Positions 1 to 9,567 are shown, numbered from the stretch's first letter. The stretch is DNA of 47,342 nt from Bdellovibrionales bacterium RIFOXYD12_FULL_39_22 (GCA_001770205.1 MEQL01000057.1:62001-109342); one strand, 5' to 3'. Notes: a model not told the origin generated them from the sequence alone. Numbers and translations: made by a program.

Positions 1-1
1 G

Positions 2-1441
2 CTCTACACTATCATCTTGCCGAATTACATCCAATACTGAAACATTAAACTTTCTATCTTTATAATCTCTGAATACAATATCAAAATTTGCCTCCCACCC
101 CCGGCTTTTTTTCAACTCATCTATACCCACTTTAAAATTATGATCCTTTGTGTAGATATCAAATGGTGCATCGTTAATAACTGGAAACAGTAGCGCATAT
201 CCCCCAGTAAAAAACAAAAACAATGCCGGAATTAGGAGATACCTCGGAAAATTTAATTTAATGAATCTGTCCATGTACTTTGAGAAAATCCCTCGTTTTG
301 AATCTGTCCAATTTTCAAAAAACGGAAACATGGTTACCAATGATGGCAACAGGAAAAATGTCATGACCCATTCAAGCAAAGAACCGTAGGCCGCAAAAAT
401 ACCAAATCGTCGAATTATGGTCAGATCAGTAAAATAAAGTGAACCAAAACCTATTATTGTCGTTAGAGAAGTAAAAAAGCATGGCAGAATTGTCCTGCGA
501 AAAATAACATCACTCTGCTCGTTGGTTTTTATTTTTTCCGCTGAAATGAATACAAAATCCTCAAGAGAAGATACCGCCACCATCAGAAATATACCTGTAT
601 TCAAAATATCTACTGGCGTGTGCGTAAGGCCCATAGTTCCAAACAATATCCCACCCATAAATACAAGAGATAATACAAAGATGATCCCGCTTCTAAAAGT
701 ACCCCAGAAAATGCGAAACAAAAAAACAATCGCTATGAGAAAAATTAGATTTAAACGGCCGGTATTTCCGATACCCTCAAATGAAAAATACAACATACCC
801 ATACTTCCAAGAAAATATGATTTCATTTGAGGCAAATTCTTATCACGGAAGTCTTCCCAGGCCATCTTGAAATCTCCAATCTTTTTTGGATCAACCTCTC
901 CATATTTGCTCCCACCAGGTGTTTTTCTAAACAGAATTTCATATCCAATATTGTTAACATCTCCCTCAACCGGAACATAAGAATTAAACCAGGGTGTTTT
1001 ATTGACCGCACTATAATCAACTTTTTCATCATGTCCATCGCAACTAAGCTTGAGAAGATATGGATAACGGAGTGTTTTCTCTGTGCTTTCAACCGTCCGG
1101 AAAAGAAATGGACTATAGACTGATTCAATCTCCGAATTATAAAAACTCTCATTTTGGATCCATGTGTTTACCAAACAAACCACTGTAGATTGATCAACAT
1201 CTCCTTGCAAAAGTAGAAAAAGGGAGTTTCTTACATAGAAATCCTTTTCAAGATCCACCAACCTCTTATGGCCAATAGAATCCCTCTCAATTAAATTCTT
1301 CGTTGTAATATGTGTTTGCAACTTGCTCATCTGAGAAGATAAGGCAATAAAAATGGTCAAGAATATGGCCAAATTTAATCTAGGATAGTTCCTGGAAAAT
1401 TGGTACAATTTCAAGAATAAGTTTTCTAATTTATGTAGCAT
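2..1441 (-). CDS. MMPL/RND-family membrane transporter (3' end runs off the window; absent from the ORF track)
   Basis: Manual translation from ATG at 1441 (MLHKLENLFLKLYQFSRNYPRLNLAIFLTIFIALS...) is open to the window edge. It has an N-terminal TM helix, a periplasmic loop, then a TM bundle with VSSLEDFVFI and ILPCFFTSLTTIIGFGSLYFTDLTIIRRFGIFAAYGSLLEW, typical of MMPL proteins. Confidence 0.88.
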   Translation of the reverse strand, partial: MLHKLENLFLKLYQFSRNYPRLNLAIFLTIFIALSSQMSKLQTHITTKNLIERDSIGHKRLVDLEKDFYVRNSLFLLLQGDVDQSTVVCLVNTWIQNESFYNSEIESVYSPFLFRTVESTEKTLRYPYLLKLSCDGHDEKVDYSAVNKTPWFNSYVPVEGDVNNIGYEILFRKTPGGSKYGEVDPKKIGDFKMAWEDFRDKNLPQMKSYFLGSMGMLYFSFEGIGNTGRLNLIFLIAIVFLFRIFWGTFRSGIIFVLSLVFMGGILFGTMGLTHTPVDILNTGIFLMVAVSSLEDFVFISAEKIKTNEQSDVIFRRTILPCFFTSLTTIIGFGSLYFTDLTIIRRFGIFAAYGSLLEWVMTFFLLPSLVTMFPFFENWTDSKRGIFSKYMDRFIKLNFPRYLLIPALFLFFTGGYALLFPVINDAPFDIYTKDHNFKVGIDELKKSRGWEANFDIVFRDYKDRKFNVSVLDVIRQDDSVE

Positions 1442-1493
1442 AACTAAGTGTAGCTAATTAATAAAATTTTGAAAACGAAAGAGTGTGTTCGCA

Positions 1494-2645
1494 ATGAATT
1501 TTAAAACAGTAGAAATGCCGTGGGGTGGACGAGATGTTCCTCACGGTGTAGTTGAGGTTAATCAACTTTGTAACATCAACTGCTTTGGTTGTTGCAAGGA
1601 CAAGTTTAATTACTCAAAGTCTCTTGATGAAATAAAAACAGAAATTGATCTGTTATTTGCAAAAAGAAATCTGGCGGCAATTTCCCTTGCTGGAGGAGAA
1701 CCTCTATTATACGAACACATCTTCGAGGCAGTGGCCTACATTAACAGCAAAAATATCAGATCAATAATATTAACAAACGGAACCTTGGTTACACCCGAGA
1801 TTCTTAAAAAATTGCGGACGGCCGGTCTCTCCCGTCTAGTCTTTCACATTGATGGACATCAACATGGACGTCCGGATGTTACATATCCAACCTCGGAAAA
1901 AAAATTAAATTCACTCCGGGCCCACTATTTGCAACTTTGTCTAGAGGCAAAACAGGAAATTGGTTTCACGGTTACCGTTTACCAGGACAGCTTGGAAGAA
2001 TTGAAGGAAGTACTCCTGTTTTGCCAAAACAACCCTACCGTAAAATTTTTACTTGTTATGGGATACTCTCAGCTTGTAAATTATAATGAGAAAATCAGTG
2101 ACAAATATAAGCGGTCCGACTTATCAATCGGACCGCATGATACCGTGAATTATATGAAGAGAGTGGAAAACGCCACCCCACTATTTTATATACCCTCGAG
2201 CCACAATCAAAATAGTGCTCGTTGGAATTTTTATGTTTTATCAATTGTCGACAAGAATAGGAGTGGTGTTGAAAAACTTTATCTAACCCCCCGGATTCCA
2301 CAGGTATTTGAAGTGCTGCTTTTCTTGCAAAGAAAACTTAAAGGGAGATTTGGTTTCGATGATCCCTCAACCACTGTACAGATTATTTTTACACTCTCTG
2401 TCCATGCACTATTTTCTTGTTCGCTATCAACAATCTATAAAACCATCAAGATCTTTGCTCTTGCATTAAAATATAGAAACATTCGTTTTCAAACATATAC
2501 TTTTCAATATCCTCCAAATCAAATTGGCGAAAACGAGTTTGAAATATGCAAAAACTGCCCAGACATTACTGTGCGCAACGGTAATTTGGTACCCACATGC
2601 CTGGCAGACGTCATTGACCCGCTTTTGGTAAGGAATCAAATATGA
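1494..2645 (+). CDS. Radical SAM protein with a C-terminal Cys-rich motif
   Basis: CNINCFGC (CxxxCxxC), GGEP and LTNG motifs; C-terminal CKNCPD...PTC. ATG at 1494 preferred over the GTG at 1485. Confidence 0.9.
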   Translation: MNFKTVEMPWGGRDVPHGVVEVNQLCNINCFGCCKDKFNYSKSLDEIKTEIDLLFAKRNLAAISLAGGEPLLYEHIFEAVAYINSKNIRSIILTNGTLVTPEILKKLRTAGLSRLVFHIDGHQHGRPDVTYPTSEKKLNSLRAHYLQLCLEAKQEIGFTVTVYQDSLEELKEVLLFCQNNPTVKFLLVMGYSQLVNYNEKISDKYKRSDLSIGPHDTVNYMKRVENATPLFYIPSSHNQNSARWNFYVLSIVDKNRSGVEKLYLTPRIPQVFEVLLFLQRKLKGRFGFDDPSTTVQIIFTLSVHALFSCSLSTIYKTIKIFALALKYRNIRFQTYTFQYPPNQIGENEFEICKNCPDITVRNGNLVPTCLADVIDPLLVRNQI

Positions 2646-3970
2646 AAATTACTTTTATTATGCCATCAATTGGAAGAAAGGCAGATACCCCAAGCTATTT
2701 AAGGACTTGGCAAATGGAACCGCTACCGATTGCCACATTGGCGGCACTCACGCCACCAGCAGTAGAGAGAGAATTTTTCGATGATAGAATGGATGAAATA
2801 AATTTTGAAACAAAAACCGACCTGGTGGCAATAACGGTAGAGACATATACTGCCAGGCGCTCATATGAAATTTCTTACGAATTTCGAAAACGAGGCATTC
2901 CTGTAATCATGGGAGGGTTCCATCCAACTCTAGTCCCTGATGAAGTTGCCCAATACGCAGACTCTGTTTTCATTGGTGAGGCCGAAGGAATGTGGCAGCA
3001 GGTACTAACTGATCTCAAGCTCAGGGATTTGAAAAAAACTTACCGCGCCACAAGGCCAGAGTTATATGATGTTGTTCCCGATCGCTCAATATTCAAGGGA
3101 AAAAAGTATTTAAACCTTGGGCTGATTGAGACAGGGCGGGGTTGTGCCTTTAATTGTGATTTTTGCACCATTCAGAAATTTTATAAGAAGTCATATCGCT
3201 ATCGACAAATTGAAGGCGTCATCAAGGAAATTTCCGCTCTAAAATATCGCTTCTATTTTTTTGTAGATGATAATATTGTTGCCAATCCTCAACATGCAAA
3301 GGAGTTATTTCGCGCGCTCATTCCACTAAAAATTCAATGGTTCACCCAGGGAAGCATAAATATGTCAGATGATCCGGAAATGCTGGATCTTATGAAACAG
3401 AGTGGCTGTGTTGGTGTTCTTATTGGTTTTGAATCTCTCAACGATGCAACACTATCTTCCATGAACAAAAACATCAATCTGCAATACGATCGAGATAAAT
3501 CAATCATGAAATTATATGACGCAGGAATTCGCATCTATGCCACGTTTGTTTTCGGTAATGATAATGACACTCGAGAGGATTTTGACAAAGTCTTTGAATT
3601 TGCACTTAGGCATCGTATGTTCATTACGGCATTTAACCACCTTGTCCCCTTCCCCGGAACCGATCTATACACACGACTAAAAAATGAGGGACGCCTTCGT
3701 GATGAAAAATATTGGCTAAACCATGACTACCACTTTGGCGATGTTAGTTACCATCCAAAAAACTTTTCTCATGAAGAGTTGCGCGATCTCTGCTTTTCAT
3801 ATCGCAATAAATTCTACTCATGGGGATCAATTTTAAAACGTCTTTTCAATAGAACAAACTTTCGTGGATTGCTTCAGCCTTTTTTTTTCATCGCAATCAG
3901 CGCTCTCTCACGTAAAGACGCAAAAAAAAGACAGGGTTTGCCAATGGGAATGGGTGGGCCTATCGCATGA
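2642..3970 (+). CDS. Cobalamin-binding radical SAM protein (paralog 1)
   Basis: N-terminal B12-binding domain (MEPLPIATLAALTP, GGFHPT, GEAEG), RGCAFNCDFC, FVDDN, GFES, PFPGT; ATGA overlap with the upstream gene. Confidence 0.92.
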   Translation: MKITFIMPSIGRKADTPSYLRTWQMEPLPIATLAALTPPAVEREFFDDRMDEINFETKTDLVAITVETYTARRSYEISYEFRKRGIPVIMGGFHPTLVPDEVAQYADSVFIGEAEGMWQQVLTDLKLRDLKKTYRATRPELYDVVPDRSIFKGKKYLNLGLIETGRGCAFNCDFCTIQKFYKKSYRYRQIEGVIKEISALKYRFYFFVDDNIVANPQHAKELFRALIPLKIQWFTQGSINMSDDPEMLDLMKQSGCVGVLIGFESLNDATLSSMNKNINLQYDRDKSIMKLYDAGIRIYATFVFGNDNDTREDFDKVFEFALRHRMFITAFNHLVPFPGTDLYTRLKNEGRLRDEKYWLNHDYHFGDVSYHPKNFSHEELRDLCFSYRNKFYSWGSILKRLFNRTNFRGLLQPFFFIAISALSRKDAKKRQGLPMGMGGPIA

Positions 3971-5322
3971 AAATATTATTGGTAATGCCAAGTGGAAAAA
4001 TACGTTCACTGAAAATCGGAGATTTTGTCATGTCTTTTCGGGAGGCCCCACTTACAATGACTCAACTGGCAGCGCTCACTCCCCCAGAACTGGATGCCAA
4101 TATTTCTATTATCGACGAGAGTGTCCAGAAATTAAATTTTGATAATTTTAATGATGTTGATTTGGTTGGGATTAGTGCACTGACCGGTACATCGTCAAGG
4201 GCCTTTGAGATTGCGGATGAATTTAAACGCCGAGGGAAAATAGTTGTTTTGGGTGGAGTACATGTCACAATTTTTCCCAATGAGGCACAAAAACATGCAG
4301 ATAGTATTGTTGTTGGTTTTGCAGAGACCAGCTGGCCGGAACTGCTTTTTGATTTTAAAAATCATAAATTGAAACCACGCTATCAATCTCCCGCAGAGGA
4401 TAGTATTATCAATCTTCCTCTTGCTCGTAGGGATTTACAGGACAATTCACGATATGCCATGCCTAATACCATTATGGCAACCCGGGGATGCACCAACCAT
4501 TGCGACTTTTGTACAGTTCCCGTTTACATAAAGGGCTATTATAAGCGGCCGATTGAAGATGTTGTTGCAGAGATAAAGACCTTAAGGGGTAAGCGATTTG
4601 CGTTCAATGATGTAAGCCTGGTTGAAGATCCTGTTTGGACCAAACAGCTTTTACGCGCGCTTATTCCCCTCAAAAAGAAGTGGGGAGGACTGTCTACTTT
4701 TATAATCTACAAGGACAAAGAGATGATGTCCCTGTTACAACAGAGTGGATGCCAATACCTGTTAATCGGATTGGAATCGGTCTCCCAAATTGCCCTGCAG
4801 AAAATTGCCAAGGGATTCAATAAGGTTAACAGCTACGCTGAAGGAATGAGGGTATTTCACGATCATGGGATTGCCATACAGGGATGTTTTGTTTTTGGAT
4901 TTGACCATGACACAAAAAGTATTTTCGAAGAAACTGTAGAACAAGTTAATCGTTTAAAAATTGATATCCCACGTTTTTCAATCTACACTCCATATCCGGG
5001 AACCTCACTCTACAATCGGCTGGAGGCAGAAAACAGAATTCTTACTAAAGATTTTAGTCTATATGACACTCAACATGTAGTTTTTCGCCCAAAAATTTTA
5101 CAACCAGAGGAATTATATTCCGGATTCAAATGGGCATATCGGGAGACATTTAAGATATCTTCAATTGCCAGGAGAACTTTTCGCCCGGCCATGTCATTTC
5201 CGATAACATTTGTGGGAAATCTTGCTTATAAGATTTATGTTAAGGAACTATATCGAGAAAACTTATTCGAATCTGCCAACTACTATAGTTCTCTTAGCTC
5301 TACAAGTGGTTATACCTCATGA
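3967..5322 (+). CDS. Cobalamin-binding radical SAM protein (paralog 2)
   Basis: APLTMTQLAALTP, GGVHVT, GFAET, RGCTNHCDFC, FNDVS, GLES, PYPGT; ATGA overlap. Confidence 0.92.
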   Translation: MKILLVMPSGKIRSLKIGDFVMSFREAPLTMTQLAALTPPELDANISIIDESVQKLNFDNFNDVDLVGISALTGTSSRAFEIADEFKRRGKIVVLGGVHVTIFPNEAQKHADSIVVGFAETSWPELLFDFKNHKLKPRYQSPAEDSIINLPLARRDLQDNSRYAMPNTIMATRGCTNHCDFCTVPVYIKGYYKRPIEDVVAEIKTLRGKRFAFNDVSLVEDPVWTKQLLRALIPLKKKWGGLSTFIIYKDKEMMSLLQQSGCQYLLIGLESVSQIALQKIAKGFNKVNSYAEGMRVFHDHGIAIQGCFVFGFDHDTKSIFEETVEQVNRLKIDIPRFSIYTPYPGTSLYNRLEAENRILTKDFSLYDTQHVVFRPKILQPEELYSGFKWAYRETFKISSIARRTFRPAMSFPITFVGNLAYKIYVKELYRENLFESANYYSSLSSTSGYTS

Positions 5323-6656
5323 AAATAACTTTCATAAAACCAAATATGAGTAGCTTTCGCGCCAAGGATGCAATGGAACCGTTGGTGTTTGCCATATTAA
5401 AAGCGCTCACACCAAAAGATATTGAGTGTATTTTTTTTGATGATCGACTTGAAGAGATACCATATGATGATCCCACCGATCTTGTGGCAATCACCGTTGA
5501 AACATTCACGGCCAAAAGAGCATACGAAATTTCCTCAATTTTTCGTAGCAAAAATATTAAAGTTATCATGGGTGGTTTTCACCCAACTTTCATGCCTGAT
5601 GAGGCAATAAAATTTTGTGATAGCATCGTTTGTGGAGATGCTGAAGAGATCTGGCCCAAAATACTTGCTGATTTAAAAAACAACTCGCTATTACCAATAT
5701 ATCGCCAAATTAATTATCCTTCCATTTCCGGGATAATACCTGACCGTTCAATTTTTGCTAAAAAAAAATATATTGGCCTGACCCTTTTACAATTTAACAG
5801 AGGTTGCAGATTTGCCTGCGACTTCTGCTCAATACATGCATTTTATGGAACAACTATAAGACAGCGGCCAATTCCAGATGTTATCTCCGAAATACGAACA
5901 ACCAATAAAAAAATTTTTTTCTTTGTTGATGATAATTTCCTATCCGACGTTGTCAGCGCAAAGAAACTTATGAAGGAACTGATCCCGCTCAAAATAAAGT
6001 GGGCAGGCCAGATAAGCATTGATGTCACAAATGATCCAGAACTGTTGGAGCTAATGAGAAGGAGTGGCTGTTTTGCTTGCATTGTTGGACTTGAAACTCT
6101 TAATTCAAATAATCTAAAGCAAATGAAGAAGGGGTGGAATTTAAAATATGGCCCTTATCCCGAAGCACTTAAAAAATTTTCCTCCTTTGGAATAATGGTA
6201 TTGGGGACTTTCGTCATCGGTTATGATGAGGACGATCAATCAACCATTCACGAAACGATCCGTTTTGCAAAGAAGAACAAACTTTTTTTGGCCCACTTTA
6301 ACCCACTGGCACCAACGCCAGGAACATCCCTATATAAAAGGTTGCAACAGGAGAATAGGTTAATCGAAGATCCATGGTGGTTAAGTGATAATTATTCATA
6401 TGGAGACGCCTTTTTTTGGCCTAAAAAGATGTCCGCACGCGAGTTTAAGAATCAATGTTTTCTTGCACGTCAAAAGTTTAATACCATTTCATCTATTTTA
6501 TTACGGTTATTAAATCCAGCTCACTTCAGATCACTAACGAACGTTTATGTTTATCTTTTGGCCAACATCATCACCAAGATTGAAGTCAAAAAGAAGCAAG
6601 GTGCTTTGTTGGGAGTCAAACAAATAAGGACAATCATTGAAAATAACACTCATTAA
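5319..6656 (+). CDS. Cobalamin-binding radical SAM protein (paralog 3)
   Basis: MEPLVFAILKALTP, GGFHPT, GDAEE, RGCRFACDFC, FVDDN, GLET, PTPGT; ATGA overlap. Confidence 0.92.
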   Translation: MKITFIKPNMSSFRAKDAMEPLVFAILKALTPKDIECIFFDDRLEEIPYDDPTDLVAITVETFTAKRAYEISSIFRSKNIKVIMGGFHPTFMPDEAIKFCDSIVCGDAEEIWPKILADLKNNSLLPIYRQINYPSISGIIPDRSIFAKKKYIGLTLLQFNRGCRFACDFCSIHAFYGTTIRQRPIPDVISEIRTTNKKIFFFVDDNFLSDVVSAKKLMKELIPLKIKWAGQISIDVTNDPELLELMRRSGCFACIVGLETLNSNNLKQMKKGWNLKYGPYPEALKKFSSFGIMVLGTFVIGYDEDDQSTIHETIRFAKKNKLFLAHFNPLAPTPGTSLYKRLQQENRLIEDPWWLSDNYSYGDAFFWPKKMSAREFKNQCFLARQKFNTISSILLRLLNPAHFRSLTNVYVYLLANIITKIEVKKKQGALLGVKQIRTIIENNTH

Positions 6657-7971
6657 ACCCAATATTGGAAGAATGGAGCACTCCCTCTACGTTGATGAGG
6701 GCCGAATGGAACCGTTACAACTGGGAGTTATCGCGGCCCTCACCCCTCCAGAATTTGATGTGGTTCTTTTTGATGATCGGATGGAAGAAATTCCCTATGA
6801 CGAAAAAACTGATTTGGTTGCCATAACAGTTGAAACATTTACCGCCCGAAGGGCCTATGAGATAGCCAAAGAATTTAGAGCACGGGGTACTCCAGTAATA
6901 ATGGGGGGATTTCATCCTACCCTCATACCAGAGGAAGTTAAAAATTATTGCGACTCAATTATGGTTGGAGATGCCGAAGGGCTCTGGAACGAAGTATGTT
7001 CAGATCTTAAGAATTATAAAAAAATTAAACCTATCTATAAATCCTGGCCTGGAATTGGTCAACCGTTGGGAGTTTTGCCTCGCAGAGACTTGTTCAAAAA
7101 TAAGGGGTATCTCCCCATTACACTACTCCAGTACGGGAGGGGATGTGAATTTGCCTGTAACTTTTGTGCAATAAGCGCTTTTTTTAATCAAAAAAATTTT
7201 CGGCGCCCTCTAGAAGAAGTGGTTAATGAGATTAAAACACAAGGCCGAAAAATTTTATTTTTTGTTGATGATAACATCGTTGCTCACAAACCATCTGCCA
7301 AGGAACTTTTCAAAGCAATTACTCCGCTAAAGCGCCGCTGGGTTTCTCAAGGATCATTGGATATGTTAGATGACCCCGAGCTAATGGATCTTATGAAAAA
7401 AAGCGGTCTACTTGGAAATGTAATTGGCTTCGAGTCGATCAATCCGCAGGCACTTAAGGAGATGAAAAAATCTCCCAACATTGGAAACTTTGATGGTTAT
7501 CAAACACAAATCACCAAACTTGAAAATCTTGGGTTGCAAACTTGGGCGGCATTTACATTGGGGCATGATTGGGAACAGATCGAAGATATTTATAAGACAT
7601 ATGATTTTGCAATTAGAGCAAAATTCACCTTCGCCGCCTATAATATTTTGATGCCATATCCAGGAACTCCTCTATACAAGCGACTTGAGGAAGAAAAAAG
7701 GCTTCTCTATGATGGTAAGTGGTGGCTTCATCCTGAATACCGCTTTAACTATGCTGCCTTCCGACCACAAAATATGACGGCCGATCAACTAACTGAACAT
7801 GTTTTTGAAATACGAAAAAGATGGAATAGCTTTGGCGCAATATTCAAAAGATTTCTCGCTCCAAAAACCAATATGAGATCATTGGAGCGAGCAATTATTT
7901 ATTGGAGCTATAACCCGCTTTTTCGAAAGGAGACCTTTAAAAAGCAGGGGATGCACTTTGGACAAAAGTGA
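6637..7971 (+). CDS. Cobalamin-binding radical SAM protein (paralog 4)
   Basis: TTG start preceded by TAAGGA; MEPLQLGVIAALTP, GGFHPT, GDAEG, RGCEFACNFC, FVDDN, GFES, PYPGT; overlaps paralog 3 by 20 bp. Confidence 0.92.
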   Translation: MKITLIKPNIGRMEHSLYVDEGRMEPLQLGVIAALTPPEFDVVLFDDRMEEIPYDEKTDLVAITVETFTARRAYEIAKEFRARGTPVIMGGFHPTLIPEEVKNYCDSIMVGDAEGLWNEVCSDLKNYKKIKPIYKSWPGIGQPLGVLPRRDLFKNKGYLPITLLQYGRGCEFACNFCAISAFFNQKNFRRPLEEVVNEIKTQGRKILFFVDDNIVAHKPSAKELFKAITPLKRRWVSQGSLDMLDDPELMDLMKKSGLLGNVIGFESINPQALKEMKKSPNIGNFDGYQTQITKLENLGLQTWAAFTLGHDWEQIEDIYKTYDFAIRAKFTFAAYNILMPYPGTPLYKRLEEEKRLLYDGKWWLHPEYRFNYAAFRPQNMTADQLTEHVFEIRKRWNSFGAIFKRFLAPKTNMRSLERAIIYWSYNPLFRKETFKKQGMHFGQK

Positions 7972-8269
7972 ATTACTCCTCAGTGATATTAAAAACAGAG
8001 TAGAGTTTCCATACCATCTGTGCTCTACGAATGATTTCTAAACATAAATTTCGCTCCTGAAACAGCTTGTGGGGCGAACTCCATTTGATCACAAAAATGT
8101 TGAGAGTCAAGCTTGGAAAATGATTTTGAAAGGATCTGTTCCCCTGCATTTTTCACCACAAGCTAACCTAATTTAATCCTCTCCTCTGAATAATCTCAAA
8201 ATTTGATGCATTTTTTTATAGCAGGCCGCAAAGAAAAAAGTGGGCCATTTATGATGAATAGTGCATACT

Positions 8270-8311
8270 AAAAAAGCAATGGCAACCCCCGCAAGAACCC
8301 ACCATTGCTTT
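8270..8311 (-). terminator. Possible intrinsic terminator (minus-strand orientation)
   Basis: Inverted repeat AAAGCAATGG (8273-8282) / CCATTGCTTT (8302-8311) with a long loop; the adjacent A-run reads as a U-tract on the minus strand. Confidence 0.4.
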
Positions 8312-8348
8312 AACCAAAAACTTCTTAAAAAAGTTTTAAAGGAATTAT

Positions 8349-9475
8349 TATTACGGAGAGCGTGACATAGTTTGCATTTCTATGCTGCATAACGGACATT
8401 TTTATTGCAAAAATAACTCATCACAACCTTGGGTTGTTTTTGCCTCTTCCGCAGATATCCAGTTAAATTTTTCTTTAATCCTGTTTTGTTGGCCGCTCTT
8501 TTTTTTCTAATTGCATTTGTTTTCACATCTTGATTGAGTAATTCGTCTGGATTTAACTCTGGACTGTAGGCCGGCAATAAGAACATTTCAATTTTTTTCA
8601 CATTGTTAGCAAGCCAGTGATCAACTTTTTTTGACTTGTGAACAGGATGTCCGTCAAGAATTAAAAATATTTTTCTTTTTACCGTTCGCAACAGGCGTTT
8701 TAAGAATTTTAACAAAACATCGGCACTGAACTTCCCATCGAAAACCATAAATCGCAAAGAGCCTCGATTGGTGACGGTAGATATCATATTACACGAAAAA
8801 CGAATGCCGGCCACCCTCACAACTGGGGTCTGGCCAATTTTGCCATACGCTCTTCCAGCTTGATCATCAGACCGTACTCCCATTTCATCGCCCCAATGTA
8901 TTTCTGCTCTTTCTTTTGTGGCCCTCCGAGAAATTTTTGGATATTCTGTTTCAAGCCAATGTTTCACTCTCTCTGGCTGCTGTTCATAGGCCCGTTTCAC
9001 TGGTTTTTGCGGAGACATTCCCAACTTCTTTAATAGGCGTCCAACTGTCCACCTCGACAATTTAATGCCAAAACGCTTTTCAATCAAATCAGCAACAGAT
9101 TCACGAGTCCACAGCATAAATGGAAACATTAGCTGATCAGGAGTTTTTGCTTTAATGGTTCGCACGATACTGGCACATTGCCACCCCAGTAAGCCGCTGT
9201 TGGAATCAACGGATTTTGGCCTTCGCGATTTTTTTTCAATGGCAGGAAATCCACCTTGCTTATAGGCAGCCCACCATTTACCAACTGCCTGACGAGTGAC
9301 TTCAAATGTTTTGGCAGCTTCAACTTGAGTTGCGCCATTAATGATGGCACGAACAGCTTTTTGTCGAATAGTTGCTTGAGTGGCCTGATCTTGTGAACGC
9401 GCATCCTTTTTTTTCATCAAAGTAAAATAGCACACCCGAATCAAAAAAGCAAACTATGTATTGCTCTGATTAATA
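8349..9475 (-). mobile_element. IS630-family insertion sequence, apparently intact
   Basis: Imperfect terminal inverted repeats TATTACGGAGAGCGTGACATAGTTTGC (8349-8375) and the reverse complement of 9449-9475 (TATTAATCAGAGCAATACATAGTTTGC), 21/27 identical, bounded by TA at both ends as expected for IS630. One uninterrupted transposase inside. Confidence 0.92.
8380..9417 (-). CDS. IS630-family transposase
   Basis: N-terminal HTH, LWTRESV, and DDE motifs WGDEMG, ILDGHPVH, LPAYSPELNPDE. ATG at 9417 (MKKKDARS) preferred over the TTG at 9444. Confidence 0.95.
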   Translation of the reverse strand: MKKKDARSQDQATQATIRQKAVRAIINGATQVEAAKTFEVTRQAVGKWWAAYKQGGFPAIEKKSRRPKSVDSNSGLLGWQCASIVRTIKAKTPDQLMFPFMLWTRESVADLIEKRFGIKLSRWTVGRLLKKLGMSPQKPVKRAYEQQPERVKHWLETEYPKISRRATKERAEIHWGDEMGVRSDDQAGRAYGKIGQTPVVRVAGIRFSCNMISTVTNRGSLRFMVFDGKFSADVLLKFLKRLLRTVKRKIFLILDGHPVHKSKKVDHWLANNVKKIEMFLLPAYSPELNPDELLNQDVKTNAIRKKRAANKTGLKKNLTGYLRKRQKQPKVVMSYFCNKNVRYAA

Positions 9476-9538
9476 TTATCTGACATGTAATATTTGCTAT
9501 GATTTGTAAGGATGATTTTTTCAAAAATACGTCAGCGC

Positions 9539-9567
9539 TTGACAATTATAACCTATTGGGTTATATT
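9539..9567 (+). promoter_or_regulatory. Sigma70 promoter of the TA operon with an overlapping palindromic operator
   Basis: TTGACA (9539-9544), 17-bp spacer, TATATT (9562-9567). A perfect inverted repeat TATAACC-N5-GGTTATA (9547-9565) covers the spacer and -10, as expected for antitoxin autorepression. Confidence 0.8.

Noticed and set aside
522..1152. ORFs 522-830 (+), 823-1152 (-) and 827-1123 (+)
   Set aside because: Shadow frames of the MMPL gene on the minus strand.
7973..8149. 58-aa minus-strand ORF (MQGNRSFQ...) and an overlapping 44-aa frame as possible RiPP precursors for the radical SAM cluster
   Set aside because: Antisense to the operon, no well-placed RBS, and no leader/core or repetitive pattern.
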